Shown piece after piece: positions 45,774-61,214 of a stretch of 64,000 bases of DNA (its first letter is position 1; every line of letters begins with the position of its first letter). The notes under the pieces are model-generated. The model was not told the DNA's origin and did no database searches. It worked only from the letters and a program-made list of their open reading frames with translations. Origin of the DNA: the human T2T-CHM13v2.0 reference genome, Homo sapiens. A program made the translations under genes and the position numbers. The stretch lies in the NCBI RefSeq assembly GCF_009914755.1, contig NC_060927.1, one strand, 5' to 3'.

Positions 45774-46475
45774 AGTCATTTCATTTTTTAAAGCACAACA
45801 GGTGATGTCGAAAACCAGCTACTCTGAGCAACCATTGCCTTAGAACATCACCTGCAGGCACAAGGATGAAGACTGAGTCAGATCCCATTACTGCCCACCA
45901 GGAGCTCACATATCACAGATTAATACAAGGTGGTACATGCTAAATACTAAACGGTGACCCAGGTAATGATGTTCCGGGATAATGGTGTCCCGGAAGATCA
46001 GAGATGTCGGGCTATTAGGACTGATTCACTTGCCTGAGTTCTTTGATGAGGGAATTTGAATGTGGCTAAGAGGCATCAATTCTTTATCCAGGGGTTTGCA
46101 GGGATTCATTATTTTAGATAAAAAGAAATTGTAGTCATCATGAAATCTGCTCTCATTATTTTATAGATGAAGAACTGAAATAACCTTTGACGAGTTTTCA
46201 CAAAAGGCCATTTTTCAAAACCAGTTACCATAAAATTACAGGAAATTGCTTACCATGGATAAGAAGACTTAAAAGGAAGAGACAGGAAACAAAGAGTAAA
46301 GATGAATGCGCCTCTCCCTTAGAGACCTCCAGATGCACACACACACCTCAAGGATGGTCTTCAGACTGTCCAGAGACTTCTGTTATGGGAGTTGCCATCT
46401 TCATTTTGCTTAATGGAGTACATTTCTTTATTTTTCTATGCTTTGGATTACAAGTTACTTGAAGCAAGAAAAGAA

Positions 46476-46565
46476 TCTGATTCAAGTCTAGGTACTAGGA
46501 GTACCTAACCTAGCACATATTCTGATTCAAGTCTAGGTACTAGGAGTACCTAACCTAGCACATAT
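46476..46565. repeat. Perfect 45-bp tandem duplication
   Basis: tctgattcaagtctaggtactaggagtacctaacctagcacatat x2. Confidence 0.97.
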
Positions 46566-46699
46566 TCGGCAATTCATAAATTTGTTGTGTGAATGGAGGT
46601 GCCCAGAGCTCTTAATTTTCTTTCTCCTGCACTCTCTAAGTGAAGTAGTGTCCTTTGCCCTGAAATAAACTGAAGAAGATTTCAAAAATGAATAGACAA

Positions 46700-46970
46700 G
46701 GCCAGGTGCAGTGGCTCACACCTGTAATCCCAGCACTTTGGGAGGCCAAAGCAGGAGGATCACTTGAGCCCAGAGTTCAAGACCAGCCTAAGCAACATAG
46801 TAAGACCTTGTCTCTACAAAAAAACAGAAAAATTAGCCAAGCGTGGTGACACATGACTCTAGTCCCAACTACTTGGAGGCTGAGGCAGGAGGATTCACTG
46901 AGCATGGCAGGTGGAGGCCGTGATCATGCCACTGCACTCCAGCCTGAGTGACAGGCTAAAAAAAAAAACC
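46700..46970 (+). mobile_element. AluJ
   Basis: ggaggatcacttgagcccag; degenerate right arm. Confidence 0.9.
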
Positions 46971-46985
46971 TAAAAAAGTAATTTA

Positions 46986-47292
<307 letters not shown>

Positions 47293-48309
47293 TTTAAAAA
47301 AGAGTTGACAAAACAAGTAGGAAAGTGGATGTCTATGTGAAAATTAAACATGAGGCCGGAGTGGTCTCAGTACACAGATCCATGAGTATAAAAACTAAAA
47401 TTATATTTTCTATAACCACATTTGCTTTCTAGCTCTGAATGCCATTGACCAGGCTTTACCTTGGGTCATTCTTGGGATTTTCCACCCTGCCTTAGCATTC
47501 TACTGGGCTGATGAGCACAGGGCCAACAATCCACTTGAATAGAGGAAAGGAAAAAGAGAAATACTAGCAAGACAAAACCTAAATTATTATCTCAAAATAT
47601 CACCCAGCTACATATACATAATATGCTGATGGACCTGAGCTATTGGTGATGATGGGAAAAAAGGGATGAAACGAATTTGTGGATCATACTCAAACACATC
47701 AGCCACATGTACAGTTGTCGGCAAAAAGCCATTATAACAAGGTGCTGAACAAAGTTAGTGTGAGTGACATCCAGCTTCTCCTCTCACTGTTCAAACCCAG
47801 TAGTGTCTGAGGACAGCTCTGCTCTGAGCAGATTAAGGAAGACACAGAGGCTCTAGAGGATCTCCAGATGGGGGTAAAAAAAACAAAGGGTTAAATAGAG
47901 CATTCCAAAACAAACATGATTCTTTAATCTACAGAGAACCAGGAGGCAACAGGATATGGCTGAAGATTCTGGTTTGATCTCATAAAAAAGAAATCAAAAC
48001 ACTTGCAGTACATTCCAATTTAGTCACCACGACATGGAATAACTGCCTTGGCACTCAACTCTTAAAATGCAGGAAAGAGAATTCTAGGACACACCATAAT
48101 TTATTCCCAGTCTAAGCATCCAAAGATGATTTAGGGAAAAAAAAGAAAGAAAAGAAAAGAAAAGAAGAAAAGAATACATCCAGGGTTTAGAACAATTAAT
48201 GAGGGAGGACCACTGATATTGGCCCCAGGGGGGCAAATATCCACCTTTCTACAAAATTACCTTTTCCTGTGTTAGAAACATTAATAGTGTGACCTTGACT
48301 TTAACCCAA

Positions 48310-48348
48310 TGTATCAGTCAGGGTTCAATCAGAGATCAAATACCTATG

Positions 48349-48392
<44 letters not shown>

Positions 48393-48925
48393 TTTGCTAC
48401 AGGGATTTGACCTTACATAATTGTTGGAACTAGTTAAACAGTCTCTGTCAGAGAGTCGTCTTTGTGTCTGATGCTGGATCTTGAAGTCCACAGAGCAGGC
48501 AATCAACAGGGCAGTCAGATTTGGATGTAAAGCCTGAGAGAGAAGAACAAGCTGTAACCCATAAGCACGAATTGGAGCCATGAGGGTGGACTGGAACCCT
48601 TTTCATTCTTGTTGCCTCTGACGGTATGGGTGCCTGCAGAAGCTGGAGCCCTTTGTCACGGAGCTAAAGACACACTGGCTGGCCCAGGAGACCCAGGCAC
48701 TGAAGGAGAATCCTGGGGAAGATGAACAGTTGCAGGCCCAGTAGTCCTGTGTCAGTGAGGGGAGGCAGTGGATAGCAACCGTGCATGCAAGCTAAAAAGC
48801 AGATACTCCTTCTCTTCTGCCTCCAAAACTTTCAAGAATCCCTCCTGCGGCGCGCCCTAACAGGAAACACAGGAAAGGGAATTTGGGGAAATGTAGTTCT
48901 GTTTAGCCTGGCACATTATCAAACT
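48310..48925. mobile_element. MLT2-like (ERVL) LTR with internal (CA)n at about 48352-48390
   Basis: tgtatcagtcagggttc...(CA)n...ggatttgaccttacataattg...gggaatttggggaaatgtagttc. Confidence 0.55.
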
Positions 48926-49926
48926 GCTGTACCCGATGTAGAGAAGAGAGTGGCTTTTTAGTTTTCTTGTCTGTGTGTGTGTGTGGTTTCTTAGTCTAGG
49001 TCAGGGTTTCTCAATCTCTACACTAAGGAAAACCTGCCACATTCTCCCATGACACGCTGTACGTGTCTGATTGCCTGTGTCACATTAGGTCACCAAACTT
49101 GTTCTTCCCCCTGGACTGAGAACTCAGAGACTATCTCATCAACGTTTGCATCTCTTTCAAGCGCTGGGCCTGGCACATGGTAGGTGCTCACTCAGTGGGA
49201 TGTTATCATTGTTATGATGGTGTGACAAAGTTATTCTGCTCAAGGGAAAATGAAAGGGCTGCTCAAGCATTTTGGAATCGGGCCGTTCATAATAAAAATA
49301 ACCCCAGACCTTGGTAAGTGATGTGGTTGACCAAGTGATTGACCACGTGTTCACAGTTGCCCGTTTCTTACCCTCTGCTTTGTCATGACCACACTTTAGT
49401 CAGGCCCCAGCTCTGCTTGCCCCAAAGCCTGAGCTGGCATGAAAATCCCCATTATCAGCTTAGCCAGAGAACTGTTCCTGTCAGTCTCTGCCCCCTTGCT
49501 TGCCCAACTTCCCGTTTCTGCTAAGCTCTGCCTACCTCTCCCAATAAAAGAAAATCTTTTTCTGTTTGTCTCTGAGACATTTGCAAATTCCTGAGATTGG
49601 AGTGTTTTCCCTATTGCAATAGTCCTTTTGAGTAGTGTTTCTCCTTATCTAAGTGCATGTTTGTTTTTATTTGACACAAGCCTATGATATAGAAACAATG
49701 ATAAGCCCCATTTTGCATAAAAGTAAAGTGAGGCTTAGAAAAAATAAATAACTTTCCCAGGGTCCCATAAACAGCAAATAGGAAATTCAGGATCCAAAGC
49801 CAAATAAATGGTCTGACTGAGGGTGAGTCCACTCCCTCCACCACTGAGCTAGATATCTCACCAATTCTAAAATCATCTAGGAAGGTATGCTTGGATTCCT
49901 ACATAGAACTGAAAATAATAAAAAGT

Positions 49927-50261
<335 letters not shown>

Positions 50262-51264
50262 AAAGTGTTACTCTTTTTAGTGGCATAATTTTTACTGTTC
50301 ATTTCACCTGAATTAGGGAAAACTATCAACTAAAATATAATCAATATCAGTATTTTTATATGATTACTCAAAGCACCTCTCATGAAGAGAACTGCACATA
50401 GCAGCCTGCACTTATTCCTATGCTTTTTATTTCCCAAGTCATTCTATTTAGTGGTTTTACTTTGTCTGTGTGGAAGAGGCCAGAATGCAGAGACAGGCTT
50501 CTATAATCCTCAGAGTTAAAAGAAAAGAAAAGGCAACTCCCTGTGATCTCTGCCTTCTGTGATGGGCTGATCCTGTCCCTTCTCCCCTGCCCACCTTCCC
50601 ACTAAGAGCTCTCACTCTGGTACAAACATGTCCTTCAGGGATAGCTGTGCTATTATCACCCTACTTGAAAGCTGAGGAAACTGAGGCTTGAAGAGGTTGC
50701 ACAACAAGCCAAGGACACTGAGCTAGTCATGGCAGAACAGGCATTAAACCTAGGACACCTGTACCTCAAGTCCAAGCTCCCCACCACCTGGCTGTCCTGC
50801 CTGTCCCCCTAAGTGTCAACACAAAGACGTCCAATGGCGGAACTACAGCTCTCCTGCACTCCACTGGTCAGGCAAGGAGAAGCTCAAGGAACCAAGCTGT
50901 ATGAAAAGGAGCAGCAAGTACTGATGAGATGGGGCCAAAGGGGAAAATCCCCTGGAGGCTGATGTCAATGATCAGCCGCTAAACCTCCCAGGCTACTTTT
51001 AAACTTGCATAACTTAACTTTCCAGGCTTCTTCCACAGTGCTTTGATTTCAATATTTCCCTGTGTGGCCTTTCCTGGAGCAGGGAGAGAAGGAGAGCTGG
51101 GTGCTAACTGTGATACTCAGCAATGGTGTAGCCTTGGAAAACCTCCCCATTTCTTTGGGCCTCAGTTTCCTTCTCAGTAAATGAGAGCAATTGAGTCAGG
51201 CTGTTGCTAAGTTCCTCTTTAGTGCTATCATGCTCTGGTTTTGGAGTTGTCATAAGTAGCCTGG

Positions 51265-51452
51265 GGCCAGGCGCAGTGGCTCATGCCTGTAATCCTAGCA
51301 CTTTGGGAGGTTGAGGCAGGAGGATCACTTGAGCCCAGGAGTTCGAGGCTGCAGTGAGCTATGACTGCACCAGTGTACTACAGCCTGAGCAACAGAACAA
51401 GTTCCTGTCTCTAAAAGGAAGAAGAAGAAGGAGGAGGAGGAGGAGGAGAGAA
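51265..51452 (+). mobile_element. Alu monomer (FLAM-like) with GAA/GGA tail
   Basis: TSD aagtagcctggg on both sides. Confidence 0.9.
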
Positions 51453-51679
51453 AAGTAGCCTGGGTCTACAGAGCTTAGCTCCTTTGCAGAGCTTTTAAAA
51501 ATCCCAGTGTCCATTCCCGCCCCACTTCCAGGTATATTAATTTAATTAAGTGAGTTTGGAGGCCAGGCATCAGACATCAGTCCTTTTTATTTTTAACTCA
51601 CCAGGTGATTCTAATAAGGAAGCAGGTTGGAGAACTGTTCTGGAGTGTTTTCAAACTCGAGTCCTGGGGGGTTTGCTAA

Positions 51680-52412
<733 letters not shown>

Positions 52413-54212
52413 GACGTTTCTATTAAGTTCCTTAATGATGCTAATGCTGCCAGCCCAGATTCCACACTTTGAGAACTGCAGAAGTGTTTACACTCTCTTA
52501 AATAGTACCTACGGTCACATGAATTATTTTTTCCCAGCCTTGGAGAGCCTGAAGATTTCATCGCATTCTTAAAGATCCATGACCCCAGAAAAATTAAGAG
52601 CCAGATTAGAGTCTAATTATGCATTGAAAGCTTTTTCTAGGCAGGGTTTCACAGGAGATGATTTTGCAACTGGTTCAGTCTTGGAGTAGTCCCAAGGGTG
52701 TATATTTGTGTTTGCTTAAGCACCTGGGCATTGCAGGCTATATGATGCCAACACCCTTACCAGTCCACACTCAGTTTCCTACCAAGAAATTGCAATACTA
52801 GGAGCATCAGCTTGGTAAAGAGAGTAAACATGACAACTTTTCCCAGCATCAAATGTGAATATTGTGGAGAGGTAGAAAAACAGGGAGAGGGGAAGAAAGA
52901 GAATTCCCGTGATGCTATTGAAGCAGAAATAAAACCTCTGCAGATAATCCTGCTGCCTATTGATGTTGGGGCCACAAACTTGGGAAAATGAATGTTGTGC
53001 CATCATAATCACCCTAAGGATCAGTTACATAACATTTAATCATAAATTATACTCATCCAAAATGTGGCATGGGAAGTTCATATGTAAACTTTAATGTATT
53101 TTTTTATTCTTTAAAAATTTCCATTTTTGTGAATGTTTTATAATGTACACAATACACTAGAACAGTCATTTTGTATTTAATTTATAACATTAAAAAATAA
53201 ACAAGCAAACATACATACATCGGGGCTCCATGATGAAAAAAAAAATTGGAGATTACTCCTTAGGTGTCAAACTTGACTGCACCAGAATCACATGGAAGCT
53301 CACCGAACAAATGCAGAGTCTCAGACCTCAGTCTCTTTCAGGTTCAGGAGGTCTGAGAAATTCACAGTTACACCAACAACTTGGGAAATTCTAAGGCAGG
53401 TGAGCCATTGACTCTACTGTGAACCCTGCTCTGAAAATGACTTTAGTTTTTTTTGTTTTTTTTTCTCTTTGTACTTAATAACTTTATTCTGACTCAAAAG
53501 CCATAGAACTCCTCACCAAAGGACACATAGGTCAGTGCAAAGAAGGAAACAAACACGTCTGTATTCTGCATGTCTTTCTCCTTCCCCCTTCAGCAATGCC
53601 CCATCCTATTCCCAGCCCTGGTCGGCTGCACCCCCTGAGCCAGGCTCTGGTCACTCACTACACCATGACAAAGCCACCTGCCGCCTGCTAATGGTGACTC
53701 GGCTCAGCCATTAGAGGGCAGCAGATAACAGGTCACTAAGCAGATAATTTCTCCGCGAGCAGGTTTGCCCATCTTTCTAAATAATCCAATTTTTCTCGAA
53801 TATTTTCTCATCAAGGAACATTTTCCAAAAACCTCATAAATGCAAGTCATGGAAGTGACAGCAAACAAGCCCAAGATTGCACTGTCCAAAGGAAAGGTTT
53901 CCGTGTTAGGCATGGCTCAAGGTGCTAGGTACAAAGCAAACAAAATCCCTGCTCTCATGCAGCTGACAAGTTAATGGGGGACAATCGAAAAGTAAGTTAT
54001 CTCTCACTGTTAGATGGTGGTAAACGCTGCGGAGAAAGACATGGCCTGGGCCAAGAGAAGGAAAAGCTCAAAGAAGGGAATGAATATTTATTGACCATCT
54101 ATGAACGACTGGTTTTCACATAAGTCACTTCTCTTCATCTTCACCACTCTCTCATTGTACCCCTCCCTTTTTTATTATGCCAATTTTACATGTAAAGAAA
54201 CTGAAGTTCCCA

Positions 54213-54520
54213 CCGGGCACGGTGGCTCACACCTGTAATCCCATCACTTTGGGAGACCGAGGCGGGCGGATCACCTGAGGTCGGGAGTTCGAGACCAGCC
54301 TGACCAACATGGTGAAACCCTGTCTCTACTAAAAATATAAAATTAGCTGGGCCTGGTGGTACATGCCTGTAATCCCAGCTACTCCAGAGGCTGAGGCAGG
54401 AGAATCACTTGAACCCAGGAGGCGGAGGTTGCGGTGAGAGAAGATCATGGCCATTGCACTCCAGCCTGGGCAACAAGAACAAAACTCCATCTCAAAAAAA
54501 AAAAAAAAAAGAAAGAAAGA
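54213..54520 (+). mobile_element. AluS
   Basis: TSD aaagaaactgaagttc / aaagaaacttaagttc. Confidence 0.93.
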
Positions 54521-55131
54521 AACTTAAGTTCTGAGACTTTAAGAAACTTGGCTAAGGCCACGGCATTAATGAATACCTGCACAGTACTGAACTTCTTAAC
54601 TTGTTGTCATAATGAAGCCCAGCGCGAATTGTAAAGGAGACTGCCCACACATGCATTTTACTAGTGCTCACACACCTCACCTTCTCCAGGACTCAATATG
54701 CTACGTGGAATGTGCCGGGCCTCCTCTTCCCCAATTAATGTTTCACCCTTATTTTGGTACTCTGAAACTCTTATTTTGCTCTATGCTAATCCCATAAATT
54801 GGTTCTCATTCTAGAGTGCAGACAGTAATGACTGTTAACTTCTGCTAAGCCCACAAATTAGTTTTCTCCATTTGTAGCCCAATTGATCACATTATCATTC
54901 CCCAGGGAAGATATTTGGTGGAGGTGGGGGGCTTTTTCTGGAAAGAGTACTCTAATCCTAATGGTAGAAGTGTCAGCTTTTCTGATTGGGTAGTGAGAAA
55001 TATGCTTTGTAATTTGGCTTGCTGAAGTTATGCCATTTATAAAGGTTAGAGTCAGAGTTAAAATATCAGTTTCTCAACCTCCTGTCTGTTATAGCTATCA
55101 GACTCAGAAGTGCTTTAAGAAAAGGAGTGTG

Positions 55132-55446
55132 GGCCGGGTGCAGGGGCTCACGCTTATAATCCCAGCACTTTGGGAGTCCAAGGCGGGCGGATCACGAGGT
55201 CAGGAGTTTGAGACCAGCCTGGCCAACACAGTGAAACGCCATCTCTACTAAAAATACAAGAATTAGCTGGACGTGGTGGCAGGTGCCTGTAATCCCAGCT
55301 ACTTGGGAGGCTGAGGAAGGAGAATCACTTGAACCCAGGAGGCAGAGGTTGCAGTGAGCTGAGCTGAGCTAATGCCACTGCACTCCAGCCTGGGCCGTAG
55401 AGCTAGACTCCATCTCCAAAAAAAAAAAAAAAAAATAGAAAAAAAA
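55132..55446 (+). mobile_element. AluS (Sg/Sc-like)
   Basis: ggatcacgaggtcaggag; TSD aaaaggagtgtg / aaaaagagtgtg. Confidence 0.93.
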
Positions 55447-56914
55447 GAGTGTGTGTTTGTGTACATGAACAAATGTAGAACATTCGTTCAAACACTAAGG
55501 AAGAAGATAGAATGGGAGAGTTTTAGACCATAGCAAAGGGAGGCTTTTATAGGTAAAGAGAATAAAGAATGAGACCTAAAAAGCTTAAGCAGATCTCAGG
55601 AGATTACAATTGTATCTATTATTTCTGATAGTGCTGGCATTAGTGCCTGACTTCCAAGACTGAGGTTACTGAGGGTTTCATTTGTTTGTCTACTCATCTT
55701 CAGATCTCATTTCTGAGAAAGCTGAGAAAACAGATGGAATCGAAAGACTTAGAATTATAAAGATGTCAATTCTGCCTACCTGACTCTTAAAGTGTAATCC
55801 TATTCCAATAAAAATACACACACATATAGGAAGTAATGACGCCTAGCTCCAGAACACAGTAGGTTGTCAGCATATATTGTTTCCCTTCCATTTCTCCTCC
55901 TGTGCCTTTGTTTACCAGTTTTCCATTCCCAGAAGTCTCTGCCTTGGCTTCCCTGATGTTACCTCACCACCAAGCCCCAAATGATCTTTCTCTCCTAATC
56001 TTTATTAGCATTAACTTTGTGCTAAATACACAGTAGTATATAAGCTTTGTGGAGGCAGAGGCCATGGTTTCAATTCCTTCCTATGCTCATAGTACCAAAT
56101 AGATCCTTGTACAAGGAGAGGGCCGCCAACTCCTCTCCATTTTGGTTCATCTTCACTTTTTCACTTGTTTTCTTTAAGTCACTCTACTATTAAAAATCTT
56201 CCTGTGGCTTCTATTGTATAGGATAAACTCCAACTCTGACTCAAAGCATACAAACTTTTTCACGGATTACTCTCCATCAACCTTGTTCGGTCTCAGCTCC
56301 CACCTTATTGCCCTCACACTCTCGCTCTCCAGGGCCATAGACCTTCTTGTCACTCCTCTTTTAAAATTCTGTGCTTTCGGGTAGGCTGTCTCCTTTACCT
56401 GAAATGCCTGGGAAACTCCTTGGTGAATAAGGCTCAGACATCGGGACCTATTTGCGACTGTTCACAACTCTTTTCCTTCTCTACCTTGAGCTCCTATAAC
56501 TCTTTGTCCCATAATGTATGGCCCCGATTAAACCATGGGGTTGAGTTTTCTTCATCCTTGTTTTTCCTATGACTATTTAGTGCCTTCAACATGCCAGAAA
56601 CTCAGCAAGTACTTACTGACGATTCAATTAATGGACTCTCTCTCTCTCCCTCCTGGTTGGTTGGTATTGCTGACTCAGAATATTGGGGGATGTCAATGAA
56701 AGAAGGTCTTAAGAATTCTATATTCTTTAGTTCCCTCAGGAGAAACCAAATCTGACTTAGGGCCAGGGCCCCCAGACCCACCTGACTCTCTCCAACTATG
56801 AGAAACACCACTAGCTGCCTGGAAATTTTGGTGAGAGGCTGTTTTAGGAGAAAATGCTGATAATTTCCCAGATTAATGTTTATAATTATTTCTTTTTTAT
56901 AAATCCTTTGCCCC

Positions 56915-57055
56915 CACCCAGGGCCCCACACTCAGAAGAGCCCCACGCTTGGTGTAATGCTCTGCTGCCACCATCTTGAAGTTCTTTTAAATTTGAGCAG
57001 GGGGCCCCGTATTTTTATTTTTCACTAGGTCCCGCAAATTATGTAGCCCATCCTG
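56915..57055. mobile_element. MER91-like DNA transposon fossil
   Basis: gggccccacactcagaagagccccacgcttgg...gccaccatcttgaa...tttgagcagggggcccc...caaattatgtagcc. Confidence 0.65.
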
Positions 57056-57062
57056 CCAATGA

Positions 57063-57445
<383 letters not shown>

Positions 57446-57971
57446 GATTGGACAGTTTTAACACTGAAATTCCTGAATCTGGAAAAGCCCTTAGTCCTGG
57501 GCAAACCAGGAGAGTTGTCACCTTACTTCTGGTCCTCAAACTGCAAACCAATGTGCCATGCATTACTTTGACCTAATGACTTACAAGCAGAAAAGGTTAT
57601 TTAGGACACGTAAGCTTCCCCAGCATATTCTATCTGTGACCCCTATAAATAAATATTTCTAAACACAATTCTCTGCTAATTACAGTTCAAGGTTTTATCA
57701 ACTCAAACTTTTAAGTTACAAGAAACCGATTTCAAAAACAGCCAGTAGGAAAAGGTTGCAGAGTCTAGGTCAATGAAAGAGTTCCAGCAAGCCTATGAGC
57801 CACTGGGAATTCAGTCATTATTTATCTAAATTTCTGATTTGGAATGAGGTTGGTAAATTAGTCACCAGCCAGTTTCATCTTCTATAAACTTTCCATTCAC
57901 ATTATTGATCCATATTTCTATTGGGCTGTTTGTTTTTTCTATTGGTTTATAAGAGTTTGTTGTATATTCTA

Positions 57972-58123
57972 CACCACCATACCTGGCTAATGTTTATATA
58001 TTTTTGTAGAGACAAGGTCTCACAATGTTACCCAGGCTGGTCTCAAACTGCTGGGCTCAAGCAATGCTCCCGCCTCAGCCTCCCAAATTGCCAGGATTAC
58101 AGGCATAAGCCATCGTGCCCAGC
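57972..58123 (-). mobile_element. AluJ fragment (left arm plus linker)
   Basis: caccaccatacctggctaa...tagagacaaggtctcac...gggctcaagcaat. Confidence 0.85.
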
Positions 58124-58217
58124 AAGAATCCTGTATTTTTGATGGTCTTGTCAAATCTGTGAGGGTGTTGGGAGGACAATGATGTGATATATATATATTT
58201 AAAGGTATATGTTTTTA

Positions 58218-58249
58218 TTTTTAAAGGTGTATATATACACCTTTAAAAA
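58218..58249. repeat. Perfect 32-bp palindrome
   Basis: TTTTTAAAGGTGTATA|TATACACCTTTAAAAA. Confidence 0.97.
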
Positions 58250-58477
58250 CCTCAGTGGACATTGTAAATAAAGTGGAAACTAGAATTCTGTGAACATTTA
58301 GAATGTTGAAGGCCAGGCACGTGAGCCAAGAAATTGTTTGCCTGCAGATTTTTCTTTCTTTCATTGTCTGCCAGGAGGGTTACATAAGCCTGTCTTCAGT
58401 ACCACCCAAATCCCCTAGTAAAAGGAACACAGACAAATAATGAAAAGTCAAAAGCTCCAAGTGGAAGTTCAATTGTC

Positions 58478-58483
58478 TTTATT
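58478..58483 (-). terminator. WWTR1: Candidate distal poly(A) signal of WWTR1
   Basis: tttatt on + = AATAAA on -, with upstream TGTA and downstream U-rich sequence on -. Confidence 0.6.
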
Positions 58484-60886
58484 TTTCTTATACAGATTCA
58501 GAGAAGTAAAAACCAGTACCAAACTCCAGGTAAAATGGTTTGATCTGATCGATTTGGCTGCATACTTTCGGTACGTATAACATTCTAAACTTAAAATAGA
58601 AATTTTTATATTACAAAACGTAGAAGTAAAATTTTAAAAAGTTAAAGTACTAGCACATATATGTGTTAGGAAAATGGTCTCTGTCAATTGCCCATTTTCC
58701 CAATTAAATTAACCTACGATTTCCTTTTTTTAACAGCTTATTTTTTTCATAAAAGTTGTACTTTGAGAAGTTACTTTCTAATTACGTCATGAGAACACAA
58801 CTTGTAATTAGCAACACTTCTGTCAGTCTAGATCACTTCTTCTGCAGAGAGCTTTTCAACCAAGTTGGCATCAACCAGCACAATAAAGTTTTCACTGTTT
58901 TACCTGTTTCCTGTATATGGTGTAATCAGTGAAAGAAATGGCATTTCACATCCTAAATAATACGGTGAAACACTGTCTAAAAATTACTTAGATTTAACAG
59001 AATTGCAATTAGGTTTTGACAATGTATTTACTTCAAGACAATGTATTTTATCAGGAAAAAATATCTTGAAAGAAAGATCTCTGAAATTATTTTTCATTTG
59101 ATACGCCTTTTCTGTGACAAAATTTTGGGGTGAAATGATGATGTTTGCTGATTGATTTAGTACTAAAAAGACTAGTACTAAGAAGACTAAAGACAGTTAT
59201 CTTATAATAAGAAATATAGTATAAATAGCACCTTATCAAGAATTCTGCAGGGGTTTTAACACTTACAATAATAGGAAATAGCCATTAAAAAGTTGCTCTA
59301 ACTTTAGATTTCTAACTTTAGTGTTCTTTAACAAAGGCCATATTTTGTGGCCTTAAAAACAAAAAATTATATCTGGCTTTATCTATTAGTAAACACAAAG
59401 GGTCCATATTTTATTCTGAAAAAATATTTATTATATTCATTCATAAATGTTCTAACTAATTTAACTAAAAAAATCTTCTAGTATTTTCTGATGCCACAAG
59501 CTTACTAGAAAATTACTTCTAAAAATTGGTAATATAAATCATCAATGATTTACCTACTTTAAAAAAGAGGGGTATCTGTTTCTCTTACATTTAATAACCT
59601 GAAAATGAGTCTATAAAAATATTTTTAAAAAATACAGTAACACTGCTGAGTTTTGTTAGGTCCCTTGTTTTTTTAATTTTTTATTTATTTATTTATTTTT
59701 AGCAAGAATGTACAATTCTTTTTGCAATTTTTTGCTAACAAAAGACAAAAAGAAATAGTGCTCCCTTCAATTTAGTAGCAATAAAATCATCTATCTTCAT
59801 CTCTCTCAGAGGGCTTAGGGAGAGTGAAAGGAATTAGAGGAACATAAACCATGGGTCCTTCAGGTAAAATAAGTCATTTCATAGTGATGGAGGCAACAGC
59901 AGGCTACGCTCTTGTCTGCCTGTACGCTCAGCATCAGCATGCCCTGCCCCTCCTCCTCCCACATAAGGTGCACCAAAGCCTTCTTTTCTTCTACAACAGA
60001 GTCTTCCGGTATAAAGGTGGCAACAGAAAATTGTTGCTTTGTCCTTTTGGGGCATCTCTTGCATCTCCTGCTTGTTTTGCTTTTGGGGTACTATAACTTG
60101 TCTCTTTCCATTTCACAACTAGTATCCTTTCCACGATATTCCATAACTTCGCTACTTCATCTCTGACCTTTTCACTTGCCTTCTTTCCAACATGATCCAA
60201 TGTACTCTGTACATGTATATTCCGGTAGATCAAAAGGAATCTTATTTAAGATCCCCAACAAATAAGTCCCCCATGGAAATTGAAAGTATCCTCTCAGAGA
60301 CTCAAATTATTAAAGTCTTTCAAAAAAGATTAAATTCATAGATTATAAATAATATTAGTTCAAAATATTAAACAGTTGAGGACTTCATTGGCAATGCAGG
60401 CAGACTGCATGCCAGTTGAACATGATGCTCTCTCAGTCCTTAAAAGCTAATTAAAAATGGTTTTGGTTACATAAGAGGTATTGAATACATATTTCATGCC
60501 TTTTTATACCAACTGTAGCAAACAGGATTAGGATAATATACTTAGGAATCAATTTTACTGAATTCAGAAACATTTATCTCCACCATACACCCTCAAAGGG
60601 CATTTTTTTTTACATGTCAGTCAGAGATCTGCTTCATCCTTCAGTTTCATAGATAGAATTATTTTAAACACTTGAAATCTAGGAAGCAAACCTGACAAGG
60701 CTTCAGAATTTAAAAAGCAACAGCTCACTGTGTGTGGTGTGCTATCAGGTTGAAATCTATGTTGTCCTGATGTTTTCAGAGTTATTTCAAAAGACAAAAA
60801 TACAGTTGCCACTGATTTATCAAAAACATTTGGCTGCCTTTTGTCATCAGCTACAAAATTACAGTGCTTTATAAAATAAACATCAA

Positions 60887-61214
<328 letters not shown>

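Noticed and set aside
46476-46565. Palindromic direct repeats as a CRISPR-like array
   Set aside because: Only two abutting copies, no spacers, no cas genes, eukaryotic context.
49260-49680. Possible ERV LTR fragment ending ...ttttatttgaca
   Set aside because: LTR-like composition, but family and boundaries cannot be supported without RepeatMasker.
59156-59167. 12-bp palindrome tttagtactaaa in the WWTR1 3'UTR
   Set aside because: Short and AT-rich; expected by chance in 64 kb.
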